From: Spirochaetales bacterium
GTDB taxonomy: Bacteria > Spirochaetota > GWE2-31-10
DNA: 54,891 bases
Direction: 5' to 3'
Assembly: GCA_050872545.1 (NCBI GenBank)
Contig: JBNMHA010000003.1
Coordinates: forward strand, 1 to 54,891
The notes beneath the pieces are model-generated. The model had not been told where the DNA came from, searched no databases, and saw nothing but the letters and a program-made list of their open reading frames with translations. Shown in pieces: positions 36,137 through 47,329 of the stretch. Each line of letters starts with the position of its first letter. The stretch's first letter is position 1. Made by a program: the position numbers and the translations under genes.

Positions 36137-37876
36137 ATGATAAGCGAAGAGTTTATAAATCAAGTAAAAGAAAAAATCCTTTGTGCAATCAGTGAACTTT
36201 CCGGAAAAGAAACAGCTAATTTACCGGAACTGGTTACTGAAATTCCGCCGCAGCAAGAACTTGGAGATTTGGCATTTCCGATGTTTAAATATGCAAAAGA
36301 ACTTCATCTGGCACCGCCTAAAATTGCGGCAGAAGTACAAAATAAATTAACAAACTGTGAACTTATCGCCAAAAGTGAAATAAAAGGTCCGTATTTAAAC
36401 ATTTTTCTGAATCGCGGAATTTTGTCGCAAACCGCATTAAGCAGAATTTTAGAACAAAAGGAAAATGTAGGAACGCTGCCTGCAAAAAACGAAAAAGTTC
36501 TGATAGAATTTTCATGTCCGAATACAAATAAGCCGCTTCATTTAGGACACTGCCGCAATAATGTATTAGGCGACAGCATTGCCCGTATATACAAAAAAGC
36601 AGGGTTTGACGTAGCAACAGTGAATTTAATCAACGACCGTGGCGTTCATATCTGCAAATCAATGCTTGCATATCAGAAATTCGGCAACGGTTGTACGCCG
36701 GAAAGCACAAATAAAAAAAGCGACCATTTAGTCGGAGATTTCTACGTTCGTTTTGCAAAGGAAGCCGAATCTGACAGTCACTTAAATGACGAAGCTCAAG
36801 AAATGCTTGTAAAATGGGAAGCAAAAGACCCTGAAGTAAGAACTCTGTGGGAAAAAATGAACAATTGGGCAATAAACGGAATCCAAGAAACTTACGATAA
36901 AATGGGAATTCATTTTGATTACGTACAGCGTGAAAGTAAAACTTATATTTTAGGCAAAGACATTGTGCAGGAAGGTTTGGAAAAAGGCGTATTTTATAAG
37001 GAAAAAGACAACAGCATTTGGGTAAATAATGAAGATGTCGGTCTCGATAAAAAAATCGTACTGCGTTCCGACGGAACAAGTATTTACATTACTCAAGATA
37101 TGGGAACTTTGGTAATGCGCCAGAAATCGTTCGGTTTCGACAAAATGATTTACGTTGTAGGTTCAGAACAAATTTACCACTTTCAAACATTGTTCACCAT
37201 TATGAAAAAACTCGGCTATAAATGGGCTGACAATTGTTACCATTTAAGCTACGGAATGGTAAATCTTCCCGACGGAAAAATGAAAAGCCGAGAGGGAAAA
37301 GTCGTTGACGCAGATAATTTAATGGAAGAACTTCAGCTAATGTCTTACGATGTTGTTTGTGAAAAACATCCCGACTGGACTGACGAAGAAAAGCAGGATA
37401 CCGCAAGAAAAATAAGTTTAGGCGCAATGAAATATTACTTATTGAACTTTAACACAGGCAAAGACGTAATGTTCGACCCAAAGAAATCAATAAGTTTTGA
37501 TGGAAATACAGGTCCGTATCTGCAATACACAACTGCCCGAATCAATTCACTACTGAAAAAAGCCGGAAATGTAAACTTCAATTTTGAATCATTGAAAAAT
37601 TATTCTTTCCGTGATGAAGAATGGCAGGTTATATCTATGTTAATGCAGTTTGAACACGCAGTAGCGCAAGCCGCCGCAGAATATTCTCCACTGGAAATAT
37701 GCAGTTATCTGTATGACCTTGTGCGTTTGTACAGCAAAATGTATCACGAACTGCCTATTGTTACCGCAGAAAAGCAGGATGAAAAAGAAGTGCGCCTGAT
37801 GATTACCAAAGCAGTACAGTATGTTCTGACTGCCGGACTTGAAATGCTTGGAATCGATGCATTAGAAAAAATGTAG
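36137..37876 (+). CDS. argS: Arginine--tRNA ligase
   Basis: PNTNKPLHLGH, KMKSREG, GPYLQY, C-terminal EKM. Confidence 0.98.
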   Translation: MISEEFINQVKEKILCAISELSGKETANLPELVTEIPPQQELGDLAFPMFKYAKELHLAPPKIAAEVQNKLTNCELIAKSEIKGPYLNIFLNRGILSQTALSRILEQKENVGTLPAKNEKVLIEFSCPNTNKPLHLGHCRNNVLGDSIARIYKKAGFDVATVNLINDRGVHICKSMLAYQKFGNGCTPESTNKKSDHLVGDFYVRFAKEAESDSHLNDEAQEMLVKWEAKDPEVRTLWEKMNNWAINGIQETYDKMGIHFDYVQRESKTYILGKDIVQEGLEKGVFYKEKDNSIWVNNEDVGLDKKIVLRSDGTSIYITQDMGTLVMRQKSFGFDKMIYVVGSEQIYHFQTLFTIMKKLGYKWADNCYHLSYGMVNLPDGKMKSREGKVVDADNLMEELQLMSYDVVCEKHPDWTDEEKQDTARKISLGAMKYYLLNFNTGKDVMFDPKKSISFDGNTGPYLQYTTARINSLLKKAGNVNFNFESLKNYSFRDEEWQVISMLMQFEHAVAQAAAEYSPLEICSYLYDLVRLYSKMYHELPIVTAEKQDEKEVRLMITKAVQYVLTAGLEMLGIDALEKM

Positions 37877-37904
37877 CAAACAATTTAGAAAATATTTTTT
37901 GCCT

Positions 37905-37937
37905 AAAGGGACTTTCTGTAAAAGAAAGTCCTTTTTT
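37905..37937 (+). terminator. Intrinsic terminator
   Basis: GGACTTTCT / AGAAAGTCC followed by T6. Confidence 0.8.
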
Positions 37938-38079
37938 ATTGCTAATTTCTTCAATATGTAAAAATAAAACCGAAAAATACCTATAAATATACATAAAGTC
38001 GCATTATTACGGTGTTTATTTTACTAATCAATAATGCATTATCTTTTGGTAAAATATTTTTTAACAAAGGAAAAAAGTA

Positions 38080-39336
38080 ATGAATATTATTATCGGTAGT
38101 TTAAAGTTGCAAATAATTAATGATTTTACTGAAGCATTTAAGCATAATGATAATAAAATATTTTCAGCGCAAAATGCAGACATGTGTTTTAAAATACTTG
38201 AAAAAGAAAACATTGCAGTTTGTTTTTTAGAATCACTTGCCGGTGAAAAAAAATTAAAAGATTTAATCCCTGCAATACACAGAACTTCACCTAAGACTAA
38301 AGTTATCATTCTGAACCAAGAATCAAAAAATATATGCACCGAAGTCGTATCCAGCATAAAACATTCGCTGACAAGCCATGAAAACATAATGGTCGGCAAG
38401 TCCGTAAAAATGCTCAATACATTTAAAACGATTAAAGCCGCCGCAAACGCATCATCAAAAGTTTTGCTGCTAGGAGAAAACGGAACCGGCAAAGAAATGG
38501 CAGCCAAACAATTGCACGAAAAATCTTCACGGGCAAAAAAACCTTTCATTTGCGTAAACTGCGCTGCGATTCCGGAAACTTTAATGGAATCAGAATTTTT
38601 CGGTCATGTAAAAGGAGCTTTTACCGGAGCAGCTTACGACAGAACAGGGAAATTGGAACAAGCGGACGGCGGAATATTGTTCCTTGATGAAGTAGCAGAA
38701 ATGCCGCTGTCAATTCAGGCAAAATTACTGCGTGCTCTGCAAGAAATGAAAATTTGCAGAATCGGAAGCAACAAGGAGCGCAGTATAGATGTCCGCATTA
38801 TCGCCGCAACAAATAAAGATTTAAGAGCCGAAGTTTTAAACGGTAAATTCAGAGAAGATCTCTACTACCGCCTAAATGTTATTTCCATTCGCCTTCCGGC
38901 TTTGCGAGAACGTACCGAAGATATTCCGTTTCTGATTGACTATTTTGCTAAAAAGTTGTCTGCTGACAACAATATTGATTTGAAAAAGTTCGATAAGGAA
39001 GCAATGCTTTATCTGAAAAAATATACTTGGCCCGGAAATGTCCGCCAGTTAAAAAATTTTGTAGAACGCGTAATGGTTTTGGAAAAAAGCCCTGTTATCT
39101 GCGTTGATGATGTGCGCAAATACATAGATGAGGAAGATTTTTCAAAAACCGGCGATGATTTCTGGGAAAAAATCAGCAATTCTTCATTAAAAGAAGCACG
39201 GGACTTATTTGAATCCGTTTTCATAGAAAAAAAACTGCAAGAAAATCAATACAATCTTGCAAAAACAGCTAATGTTTTGGGAGTATTTCCGAGTAATTTG
39301 AAAGCGAAATTACTTAGATTAAAAATTGACACTTAG
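38080..39336 (+). CDS. Sigma-54 enhancer-binding protein (NtrC/Fis family) with degenerate receiver
   Basis: [38 protein letters not shown], Fis-like HTH. Confidence 0.93.
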   Translation: MNIIIGSLKLQIINDFTEAFKHNDNKIFSAQNADMCFKILEKENIAVCFLESLAGEKKLKDLIPAIHRTSPKTKVIILNQESKNICTEVVSSIKHSLTSHENIMVGKSVKMLNTFKTIKAAANASSKVLLLGENGTGKEMAAKQLHEKSSRAKKPFICVNCAAIPETLMESEFFGHVKGAFTGAAYDRTGKLEQADGGILFLDEVAEMPLSIQAKLLRALQEMKICRIGSNKERSIDVRIIAATNKDLRAEVLNGKFREDLYYRLNVISIRLPALRERTEDIPFLIDYFAKKLSADNNIDLKKFDKEAMLYLKKYTWPGNVRQLKNFVERVMVLEKSPVICVDDVRKYIDEEDFSKTGDDFWEKISNSSLKEARDLFESVFIEKKLQENQYNLAKTANVLGVFPSNLKAKLLRLKIDT

Positions 39337-39345
39337 GAGACAAGC

Positions 39346-40569
39346 GTGGATTATCAGTCATTTAAACATTTGCTTTTGAAAGGAACACTAAAGAATGTCT
39401 ATCTTTTTTCCGGTGCAGAACTCGGAGATAAAAAAGAGGCATTATCTATTTTCAAACAGCGTGTTTTCGGCAATGAAAATCCAACCGTTTACACATTCTA
39501 CTGCGATTCGGAATTTGTTCCGGCAAACTTTTTAAATGCTGTGCAAACTGCCGGACTTTTTTCATCTACAAAGCTGATTCTGCTGAAAGGAATAGAGCAG
39601 GCAAAAGACTTGGTTGTAAAAACTTTAACTTCGCTTTTGATTCCTCAATCGTTTGAAGTCGCAGCTTACGACGATTTTTTTTCCAGATTTCCAAAAGAAA
39701 TTAACCAGTTAAATACTTATTATGAAAAAAAAGACAACCGATGTTTCCTAAAAAAAATCAAAGAAGCTGATAAAAAGAAAATAGTCGATTTGTTTGCTCG
39801 CTGCGGCTTTTCTCCGCTGGACAAAGATACTTTCTTAATCGTTTCCGATGAAACTACTGAAAAAATTCCCGAAGCAGTAACGAGATTGTTCCCGGAAGCA
39901 CAGATAATTCAATTTTTTGAAATGTTTGAAAATAAAAAAGCAGACTGGATTTGCGCAGAATTTGCAAAATATCACCTCTCAATTGACAATAATTCCGTTT
40001 CGCTGTTGTTAGACATGGTGGAAAACAACAAAAGCGCATTGGAACAGGAAATAAGCAATATCGCAACAGCAATACTGCAAAGAGACACGCCGCAAAAAAA
40101 TATAACGCACGATTTAATCGAAGAATATTTGTATCATTCCAAAGAAGAATCTCCTTTTTCACTGTTTTCCGCAATGACCGCAAAAAAACGCGACAAAGCA
40201 TTGGAAATACTCGACAAATTATTTACTACCGATCCCGACGGAATTTTACCCGGCTTACTTTGGTCACAGCGCAGAGCAGTGCGCATTCTGGATTTACACG
40301 AAAATATGAAGCAGCCTAAAGAACTAATTTTTCGGGAATTGTTTATTAATGGAAAAAAAGTGCAGCAGGAGCTTTCCGTACTATTGGCAAATTTTTCTTT
40401 CCGACATGCAGTTCATGCACTTAACCGCCTTTCACAATTGGAATATTATTTACGCATACTGCCTGCAAACTTAAAATTGGTTCAATTGCAGCTTTTCATT
40501 CTTGATTACATTGATGAAAGAATTGATAGAGATTTTCTGCAAGGTGAGCTCCAATTTGTGGTAAGCTAG
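39346..40569 (+). CDS. holA: DNA polymerase III delta subunit
   Basis: VYLFSGAE, GLFSSTKLI, LLLDMVENNK..LEQEI, EESPFSLF; contains an insertion. Confidence 0.8.
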   Translation: MDYQSFKHLLLKGTLKNVYLFSGAELGDKKEALSIFKQRVFGNENPTVYTFYCDSEFVPANFLNAVQTAGLFSSTKLILLKGIEQAKDLVVKTLTSLLIPQSFEVAAYDDFFSRFPKEINQLNTYYEKKDNRCFLKKIKEADKKKIVDLFARCGFSPLDKDTFLIVSDETTEKIPEAVTRLFPEAQIIQFFEMFENKKADWICAEFAKYHLSIDNNSVSLLLDMVENNKSALEQEISNIATAILQRDTPQKNITHDLIEEYLYHSKEESPFSLFSAMTAKKRDKALEILDKLFTTDPDGILPGLLWSQRRAVRILDLHENMKQPKELIFRELFINGKKVQQELSVLLANFSFRHAVHALNRLSQLEYYLRILPANLKLVQLQLFILDYIDERIDRDFLQGELQFVVS

Positions 40570-42289
40570 CAAGTTCTTCTTGCGACAATGTTTTTATTTT
40601 CTCTACAGAACCATAAGTTTCCAATAAAAATTTCGCTTTTGCCTTCCCGATACCGGGAACATTTTCAAGCTGCGTTTTCAAACTGGCATTTTTGTAACGA
40701 ACAGCCAAACGTGTATTGCTGAATCGATGCGCTTCATCACGCAGATGCTGAATTATTTTTAATGCATAAGAACTTCTCGGAAGAATAATCGGCTCCTTTT
40801 GGTCACGAATAAAAATCCATTCTTCCCTTTCGGCAATCGCAGCCATTGGAATATTAAATCCCAGTAAATCTATAATTTCCGCTGCTGCATTCAGTTGACC
40901 TTTTCCGCCGTCAAGAAGAATCAAATCCGGAAAATCTTGTTTTTCTATTCGCAGCCGCTGATAACGTCTCGCCATTATCTCTTTCATCATCGCATAATCA
41001 TCAGGATGACCTTCGCCTTCTACATTAAACTGCCTGTACAACGACCGTTCCGGCACACCGTCAACAAAAACCGACATTGCAGCCGTATTAAATTTTCCGT
41101 TCAACGTAGCAATATCAAAACATTCTATTTTTCTTGGAATTTTATCCAGATGAAGAATCTTTTTTAATTCACGTAGATGATGAATTTTTTCAAGCTTCAG
41201 CTTCTTTTCTTCATAGAAAATTTCCGCATTATCAATTGCAAGTTTTGTTAATCGCCTGTCTTTTTGAATCGCAGGCCTTTCTATTGTTATTTTGCAGCCT
41301 CGCTTTTTTTCTATTGCATCACAAAAAATTTCCTTATCTATAACTTCATCTCTGTAATAAATAGTCGACGGCAGAAATATTTCATTCAAATAATACAAAT
41401 TGAAAAAGTCTGAAATAAATTCTGTTTCAGGAAGCAATTTAGTAAACATGAAATTCTTTTTATCATTTACCATTCCATTTCTTACCGAAATAACAGAAAC
41501 TGCTGCGTTTTCTCCGTCATGATAAATTCCTACATAGTCGCTGTTTTCACTGCTGTTATTTTCCTGCATAAACTGGTCTGGCTTTATCTCACGAATTTGC
41601 TTTATTTGGTCACGGATTTCAGCCGCTTTTTCAAATTTCAGCTGTCTGGATAAACGGTTCATTTCGCCGGTAAGAATTTTAATTAAAGGCTCAATATTTC
41701 CGGCTAAAAAATCTTTTGCTGTTTTTATGCGGTACAAATATTTTTTCCGACTTATCAGCGACGCACACGGTGCACTGCACAACTGCATGTGATAATTCAA
41801 GCACGGTGTTCTGTTAAACGGTGCTTTCAGCGCACGTCTACATTTTCGCAGTTTCAAAACCCGATTTAATACTAATATTATATTATCTGCCTGTTCACTG
41901 CTTACATAAGGACCAAAGAAAGTTCCGTTCTTTGAAATCTTTTCTCTGCATTTGTAAATTCTCGGAATCGGTTCCGATGTGACCTTTATAAACGGATAAG
42001 ATTTTGAGTCTTTGAGCATAATATTGTAGCGAGGCATATATTTTTTTATCATGTTATTTTCAAGTATTAATGCCTCAGTTTCGTTTTCGGTAACAAAAAA
42101 TTCAATTTTTGCAATCTGCTTTACCAACGCCGCCGTTTTTGGGTCTTTCTTCCCGGTAAAATAAGAATTTACCCGGTTAAATAAATTTTTCGCTTTCCCT
42201 ACATAAATAACAATATCATCATTGTTGCGGTACATATATATGCCGGGATTCTTAGGAATTTGTCGTAGAATGTCTGCAAATTTTTTCAT
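40496..42289 (-). CDS. uvrC: Excinuclease ABC subunit C
   Basis: PGIY..YVGKAKNL (GIY-YIG), FEKAAEIRD, IECFDI, DGGKGQL, RDEAHRF, HhH motifs. Confidence 0.97.
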   Translation of the reverse strand: MKKFADILRQIPKNPGIYMYRNNDDIVIYVGKAKNLFNRVNSYFTGKKDPKTAALVKQIAKIEFFVTENETEALILENNMIKKYMPRYNIMLKDSKSYPFIKVTSEPIPRIYKCREKISKNGTFFGPYVSSEQADNIILVLNRVLKLRKCRRALKAPFNRTPCLNYHMQLCSAPCASLISRKKYLYRIKTAKDFLAGNIEPLIKILTGEMNRLSRQLKFEKAAEIRDQIKQIREIKPDQFMQENNSSENSDYVGIYHDGENAAVSVISVRNGMVNDKKNFMFTKLLPETEFISDFFNLYYLNEIFLPSTIYYRDEVIDKEIFCDAIEKKRGCKITIERPAIQKDRRLTKLAIDNAEIFYEEKKLKLEKIHHLRELKKILHLDKIPRKIECFDIATLNGKFNTAAMSVFVDGVPERSLYRQFNVEGEGHPDDYAMMKEIMARRYQRLRIEKQDFPDLILLDGGKGQLNAAAEIIDLLGFNIPMAAIAEREEWIFIRDQKEPIILPRSSYALKIIQHLRDEAHRFSNTRLAVRYKNASLKTQLENVPGIGKAKAKFLLETYGSVEKIKTLSQEELASLPQIGAHLAENLYQFFHQCNQE

Positions 42290-42416
42290 TTTGTTGTTTC
42301 CGGATTGCTGCTCACTTGACAAGGATAAAAAAAATTGATAATTAGAACGACATCATAAAAATGATGTCATTAAACAACAAATAACAATATATTTTATTTT
42401 TTATCAAGGAGAAAAA

Positions 42417-42704
42417 ATGCCGGTTCACAAATCTGTTTTAAAAAGAGAAAGAGAAAATGAAGCCAGAAGATTGGCTAACAAAATCAATAAATCAATAGTT
42501 CATACAGCTAAAATTCGTTTGGATGAAGCTATTGCAGCAAAAGATAAAGAAGCTGCTTATAAAAAATTAAGCGTTTTCATGAGTGCTGTTGATAAAAATG
42601 CAAAACGTGGTATTTTCCACAAAAACAAAGCTAACCGCTTGAAAGCAAGAGCTACAAAAAAAGTAAAAGTAGCTTTCAATGAACTTGCACCTGCAGCAGA
42701 ATAA
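42417..42704 (+). CDS. rpsT: 30S ribosomal protein S20
   Basis: KSVLKRER...N, DKNAKRGIFHKNKANRLK; strong SD. Confidence 0.95.
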   Translation: MPVHKSVLKRERENEARRLANKINKSIVHTAKIRLDEAIAAKDKEAAYKKLSVFMSAVDKNAKRGIFHKNKANRLKARATKKVKVAFNELAPAAE

Positions 42705-42747
42705 GCCAGATTATCAATAATTCAATTATTTTATTGTATTAAATAAC

Positions 42748-42797
42748 AAAAAGTTTTTTATTTTACTTCATGTTCGCTGTAAAATAAAAAACTTTTT
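42748..42797. terminator. Perfect 19-bp AT-rich inverted repeat
   Basis: AAAAAGTTTTTTATTTTAC / GTAAAATAAAAAACTTTTT with a 12-nt loop. Confidence 0.55.
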
Positions 42798-42852
42798 CAA
42801 TGAACAATAAACTCTGTTATTTTGTTCTTTTATATTATATTTGCAGGTTTAT

Positions 42853-43164
42853 ATGACTAAAATAGAAATTGTTTCAATGATTCAGCAAAAAATCTTGGAA
42901 GACAGTACAAAATCCAAAAGCCAATTTACCCAGAAAAATCTAATGTTAATTCTTGATACTTTTTTTGACATTGTTAAAAGCGGTATTACAGAAGGTGAAC
43001 ATATTGAACTGCGCGGATTCGGAACTTTTGAAAGAAAAATAAGAGAAACTAAAAAAGCTATTAATCCCAGAACGAAAGAATCTATTGTCGTTGAAAAACA
43101 TGCAGTTCCTGTTTTCCGCCCCGGAAAAGAATTAAAAGAATTTGTACGAAACTCTGCAACATAG
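42853..43164 (+). CDS. hup: HU/IHF family DNA-binding protein (Hbb-like)
   Basis: IELRGFGTFE...AINPRT...PVFRPGKELK. Confidence 0.93.
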   Translation: MTKIEIVSMIQQKILEDSTKSKSQFTQKNLMLILDTFFDIVKSGITEGEHIELRGFGTFERKIRETKKAINPRTKESIVVEKHAVPVFRPGKELKEFVRNSAT

Positions 43165-43233
43165 GTTATTAAGAAAATCTGCTCTGTTTTTAATTGCAAT
43201 TTGATAAGAATGCTCAACAGTGGAGAACATAAA

Positions 43234-43584
43234 GTGAGTCAAGTTTTAGCAAATTATTACAATAACAAGTGTATAAAAACTATCCTGGGTGAAAAAACCG
43301 AGTTCGTAGGAAAAATGTCTTTTAACGATTCCTTAAAAATTAACGGCAGCTTTAAAGGTACTATTAACGCATCCGGTTTATTGTGGGTAGGCGAGGGAGC
43401 ATCTGTTTCTGCCGATATTTCTGCCAAATCAGTCGTTGTATCAGGAACGGTAAATGGGGATATTTGTGCTTCCGAAAAAATAGATATGTTAGTTTCCGGA
43501 AGAGTTTACGGCAACATCAAAGCAAAGAAAATAAAGATTTCCGACGGTGTTATTTTTAACGGAAAATGCGAAATTATAAAATGA
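43234..43584 (+). CDS. Bactofilin (polymer-forming cytoskeletal protein)
   Basis: TILGEKTEFVG...LKING.FKGTI...G.V.G.I repeats, FNGKC; GTG start with GGAG SD. Confidence 0.92.
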   Translation: MSQVLANYYNNKCIKTILGEKTEFVGKMSFNDSLKINGSFKGTINASGLLWVGEGASVSADISAKSVVVSGTVNGDICASEKIDMLVSGRVYGNIKAKKIKISDGVIFNGKCEIIK

Positions 43585-43627
43585 TTAATATACACATCTT
43601 AACAAACTTCCAGCGGAGAAAAAAATA

Positions 43628-45244
43628 ATGACAGAAGATGAATTGACGACACAGGCAGCCAACATGCCTACAGAAACTCCTGCCAAAGAAGAAGTTTCTG
43701 TTGCCCCTGCAGAACCTGTAGTATCGGAAAACAGCAGTGCTGCAAAACAAAGTAATGAAGTTACCGAAATATCCGAGCCGCCTAAAAGGAAAAGCCGAAA
43801 AGTTATCGAAACTTCAGCAAGCAGCAGCAAAAGAAACAACAATAATCGTTACAACGGCAACGGCGTAGTAAGAAAAAAACGACAGCCTGCGACCAACAAA
43901 GACTCTTATGTTACTGCCGAACTGACTGAACGCTATGAAAAACTCTTAAATGACCCAAATGCCCCAAGATTAAATATTAATGACCTGACAGATTTAAATA
44001 TTCAGCAGCTCAAAGAAAAAGCTGAACAAGTCGGCGTTCCGGCTGAAAGCATAGCTTCCATGAAGAAGCAGGATATTATCTTTAATATTTTAAAAACACA
44101 TGTAGAGAACAACGGAATTATTTTTGCATCCGGAGTTCTGGAAATATTGCCGGAAGGATACGGTTTCTTACGAAGCGTGAATTACAATTACCTTTCCGGT
44201 CCTGATGATATTTACATTTCTGCCAGCCAAATTAAACGTTTTTATCTAAAAACGGGCGACACAGTAAGCGGACAAATCCGACCGCCTAAAGAAGGTGAAA
44301 AATATTTTGCTCTGCTGCGCGTAGAATCAATCAATGGGGAAAATCCCGAATCAACATATCACAGAATTTTGTTTGATAACTTAACGCCGCTGCATCCTAC
44401 AGAACGTTTCAATCTTTCCGGCAATCCGGAGACCTGCAATTTAACAACACGAATAATAGATTTGTTTGCGCCTATAGGAAAAGGTCAGCGAGGACTGATT
44501 ATATCTCCACCTAAAGCAGGTAAAACAACAATACTGCAAACTATAGCAAATGCTATTGCCAGCAATCATCCCGAAGTATACCTGATTATGCTGCTGATTG
44601 ATGAACGACCTGAAGAGGTAACTGAAATGCAGCGCAGTGTAAAAGGCGAAGTTGTAAGTTCCACTTTTGACGAACCGGCAACAAGACATGTTCAGGTTGC
44701 GGAAATGGTTTTAGAAAAAGCAAAACGTTTAGTTGAAAACAAAAAAGATGTAGTGATTGTACTTGATTCTATAACTCGTTTAGCAAGAGCTTACAACCAA
44801 GTAGTACCTACATCCGGTAAAATATTATCCGGAGGTGTAGATTCCAATGCACTGCACAAACCAAAACGCTTTTTCGGTGCTGCCAGAAATATAGAAGAAG
44901 GCGGAAGTTTGACAATTATTGCTTCCGGGTTAGTCGATGACGGCTCAAAAATGGATGAAGTAATCTTTGAAGAATTCAAAGGCACAGGAAACATGGAACT
45001 GTCACTAGACCGAAAGTTGGCTGAAAAACGTGTTTTCCCTGCATTAAATATAAAGAAATCAAGTACGCGAAAAGAAGATTTGCTGCTTTCAGAAAAAGAA
45101 CTTGCAAAATTATGGATTCTTAGAAAAGCATTGTTTGATATGGACGATATTCCTTTATTAGAATTCTTAATTGATAAAATGAAGAAAACTAAAAATAACG
45201 AAGAGTTTTTAGATTCTATGAATGATAATAAAGCTCGCCAATAA
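43628..45244 (+). CDS. rho: Transcription termination factor Rho
   Basis: [42 protein letters not shown]; low-complexity N-terminal extension. Confidence 0.98.
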   Translation: MTEDELTTQAANMPTETPAKEEVSVAPAEPVVSENSSAAKQSNEVTEISEPPKRKSRKVIETSASSSKRNNNNRYNGNGVVRKKRQPATNKDSYVTAELTERYEKLLNDPNAPRLNINDLTDLNIQQLKEKAEQVGVPAESIASMKKQDIIFNILKTHVENNGIIFASGVLEILPEGYGFLRSVNYNYLSGPDDIYISASQIKRFYLKTGDTVSGQIRPPKEGEKYFALLRVESINGENPESTYHRILFDNLTPLHPTERFNLSGNPETCNLTTRIIDLFAPIGKGQRGLIISPPKAGKTTILQTIANAIASNHPEVYLIMLLIDERPEEVTEMQRSVKGEVVSSTFDEPATRHVQVAEMVLEKAKRLVENKKDVVIVLDSITRLARAYNQVVPTSGKILSGGVDSNALHKPKRFFGAARNIEEGGSLTIIASGLVDDGSKMDEVIFEEFKGTGNMELSLDRKLAEKRVFPALNIKKSSTRKEDLLLSEKELAKLWILRKALFDMDDIPLLEFLIDKMKKTKNNEEFLDSMNDNKARQ

Positions 45245-45307
45245 CATTGATTTTTTTTGCAGAATATATTATGAAACAAAAGGTTATTACTTAAGGAGAA
45301 AGAAAAA

Positions 45308-45508
45308 ATGAAAGATGGAATTCATCCGAATTACGTAGAAGCAACTGTTATTTGCGGCTGCGGAAATACATTTAAAACAATGTCTACTTCTAAAGAAATC
45401 AAAGTAGAAATTTGTTCAAAATGTCATCCTTTCTTTACCGGTAAACAAAATCTTGTTGATACTGCCGGTAGAATTGAAAAATTTAAAAACAGATACAACA
45501 TTAAATAA
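45308..45508 (+). CDS. rpmE: 50S ribosomal protein L31 (Zn-binding type)
   Basis: [23 protein letters not shown]. Confidence 0.97.
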   Translation: MKDGIHPNYVEATVICGCGNTFKTMSTSKEIKVEICSKCHPFFTGKQNLVDTAGRIEKFKNRYNIK

Positions 45509-45570
45509 CTCGTTTATATGTCAGCTGACGACTAGATTCAATTCTGTTAATTTTTCAATTACATGTAATT

Positions 45571-45614
45571 AAATCCCACTTTGTTTAAAGTTTAAATGAA
45601 GTGGGATTTTTTTT
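45571..45614 (+). terminator. Intrinsic terminator
   Basis: AAATCCCACTT / AAGTGGGATTT followed by a T-run. Confidence 0.8.
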
Positions 45615-45709
45615 ATTTCATCTAAGAAATTTATTCAATTTATAGATTGCAAAAACTATGAATAGATGTATAAAGTAGCAATTTTTCACAAAAGTATGAG
45701 GTTATATCT

Positions 45710-46405
45710 ATGGAAGAACAAAAACGAAAATTAAGCAAAGACGGAAGTATTCATGTTACCGATGAAAAATTCAACACTATTTCCCACATGCTTGGATTGA
45801 TGATTTCACTGTTGGGAGTTGTTATTTTAATCGTAGCTGCATCGGTACAAAAATTACCTTGGAAAATCGTCAGTTTTTCATTATACGGAGCGTCACTGCT
45901 CGGAATGTTTCTGTTCAGTACATTGCACCACGGAATCAACAGCACGCACAAAATTGAAGAAATATTCAGATTGTTCGATTATGTCGCAATTTTTCCGCTC
46001 ATTGCCGGAACTTATACGCCGTTATGCTTAGTCACAATGCGCAGCAATGATTTTTGGAAACCTTACGCTTGGTGTATTTTCGGTGTAGTTTGGTTCTTGG
46101 CAATATTAGGAATATGCTTAAAAGGCGCAATGTCTTGGCTACCTAAATGGGTAACAACAACAATTTATGTAGGAATGGGCTGGGTTGGTGCATTATTATT
46201 AATTCCTGTGTACCAAATATGCGGCTGGGCTGCGGCATTTTTAATATTATTGGGCGGAATATTTTACACCGGCGGGTCATTGATTTTCTTCTTGGAAAAG
46301 CCAAACCCGATTGAGGGAAAATTCGGTTTTCACGAAATTTGGCACATTTTTGTAATTTTGGGAGCGTTATCACATTACTTAGTAATGCTGATTTATGTTT
46401 TATAA
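45710..46405 (+). CDS. Hemolysin III/PAQR family membrane protein
   Basis: DEKFNTISH, STLHH, D..AI..LIAGTYTP, FHEIWHIFV; 7 TM. Confidence 0.93.
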   Translation: MEEQKRKLSKDGSIHVTDEKFNTISHMLGLMISLLGVVILIVAASVQKLPWKIVSFSLYGASLLGMFLFSTLHHGINSTHKIEEIFRLFDYVAIFPLIAGTYTPLCLVTMRSNDFWKPYAWCIFGVVWFLAILGICLKGAMSWLPKWVTTTIYVGMGWVGALLLIPVYQICGWAAAFLILLGGIFYTGGSLIFFLEKPNPIEGKFGFHEIWHIFVILGALSHYLVMLIYVL

Positions 46406-46428
46406 TAACTTTCTTAACCTCAAGAGAT

Positions 46429-46465
46429 AAAAAAGGACTGAAAATTAACAATTTCAGTCCTTTTT
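46429..46465. terminator. Bidirectional intrinsic terminator
   Basis: A-run, GGACTGAAA / TTTCAGTCC, T-run. Confidence 0.85.
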
Positions 46466-46480
46466 ATAATCCTTAAAAAA

Positions 46481-47194
46481 TTATTTAGTTTTTGTTTCAG
46501 GTTGTTCTGCTGTTTCTTCTGATGTTTCAGCCGGTTGTTCTTCTGCCGGAATTAAAAGTTCAGCTTCAGTAATCAAAGCATCACCTTGAGAAACTGAATC
46601 TGCAAGCAAAGCATTCTGAGTTGCAATAGCATCTACTTCATTCTTTATTTTCTTTATTTCAAAAGTATTTGCATTAATCTTATATGTAGCATCTGACAAT
46701 TCATATCTTTTCTGCATAATTGTATTTGTCTTATTTGTAAGCTCTTTCTTTAATCCGGAAACTTCTGTTCCTAATTTTTCTTTTGTTGCTGTTAATTTTT
46801 CATAAGAAGCAACAGCATTTGCTTTTACATCGGAATCAATAGCAACTTCAGATAAATACAGTATGCTTGTTGATTCAGCACTGATTTTTTCTGTCATAGC
46901 AGTAATACTTGCAATTTTTTTCTGGATTTCCAAAGAAGCATCTTCTTCTGTTGTAATTTCAGTTGTCAAAGTATCAATTTTTGCCTGCAATTCGGTATTT
47001 GCAGTTTCTAACTCTGCAACTTTAGCATTTAATTCTTCTGTTTTAGTTTGTTTCACAGTTTCAACAACAGGTTCCTCAACTTTCACTTCTTTTGTTTCTG
47101 CCGGTTTTGCCTGTGTTTTCTTTGTTTGCGCAAAAGTAAAAGACAATTGGCATAAAAGCATTAAGACTACAAGAAATTTGATTTTGTTTTTCAT
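46481..47194 (-). CDS. Exported coiled-coil protein
   Basis: SD GGGAG, signal peptide from ATG 47194, long heptad helices. Confidence 0.75.
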   Translation of the reverse strand: MKNKIKFLVVLMLLCQLSFTFAQTKKTQAKPAETKEVKVEEPVVETVKQTKTEELNAKVAELETANTELQAKIDTLTTEITTEEDASLEIQKKIASITAMTEKISAESTSILYLSEVAIDSDVKANAVASYEKLTATKEKLGTEVSGLKKELTNKTNTIMQKRYELSDATYKINANTFEIKKIKNEVDAIATQNALLADSVSQGDALITEAELLIPAEEQPAETSEETAEQPETKTK

Positions 47195-47278
47195 TAAAAG
47201 GCTCCCTAAATAAAAAATATTACCAATTTCTATACACCCTTTTTTGAGAAAAGAAAAGTACTTTTTGTAAAAGGACAT

Positions 47279-47310
47279 AAAAAAAGTACCTGACAATAAT
47301 CAGGTACTTT
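47279..47310 (-). terminator. Intrinsic terminator of pyk
   Basis: A-run, GTACCTGA / TCAGGTAC. Confidence 0.75.
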
Positions 47311-47329
47311 ATCTGATGTTAAAAAGTTT

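Noticed and set aside
42349-42368. GACATCAT/ATGATGTC palindrome between uvrC and rpsT
   Set aside because: Could be an rpsT leader hairpin or operator, but a single 8-bp stem is too little to assign.
43628-43960. Low-complexity N-terminal extension of Rho
   Set aside because: Common in Rho from many phyla; not novel.
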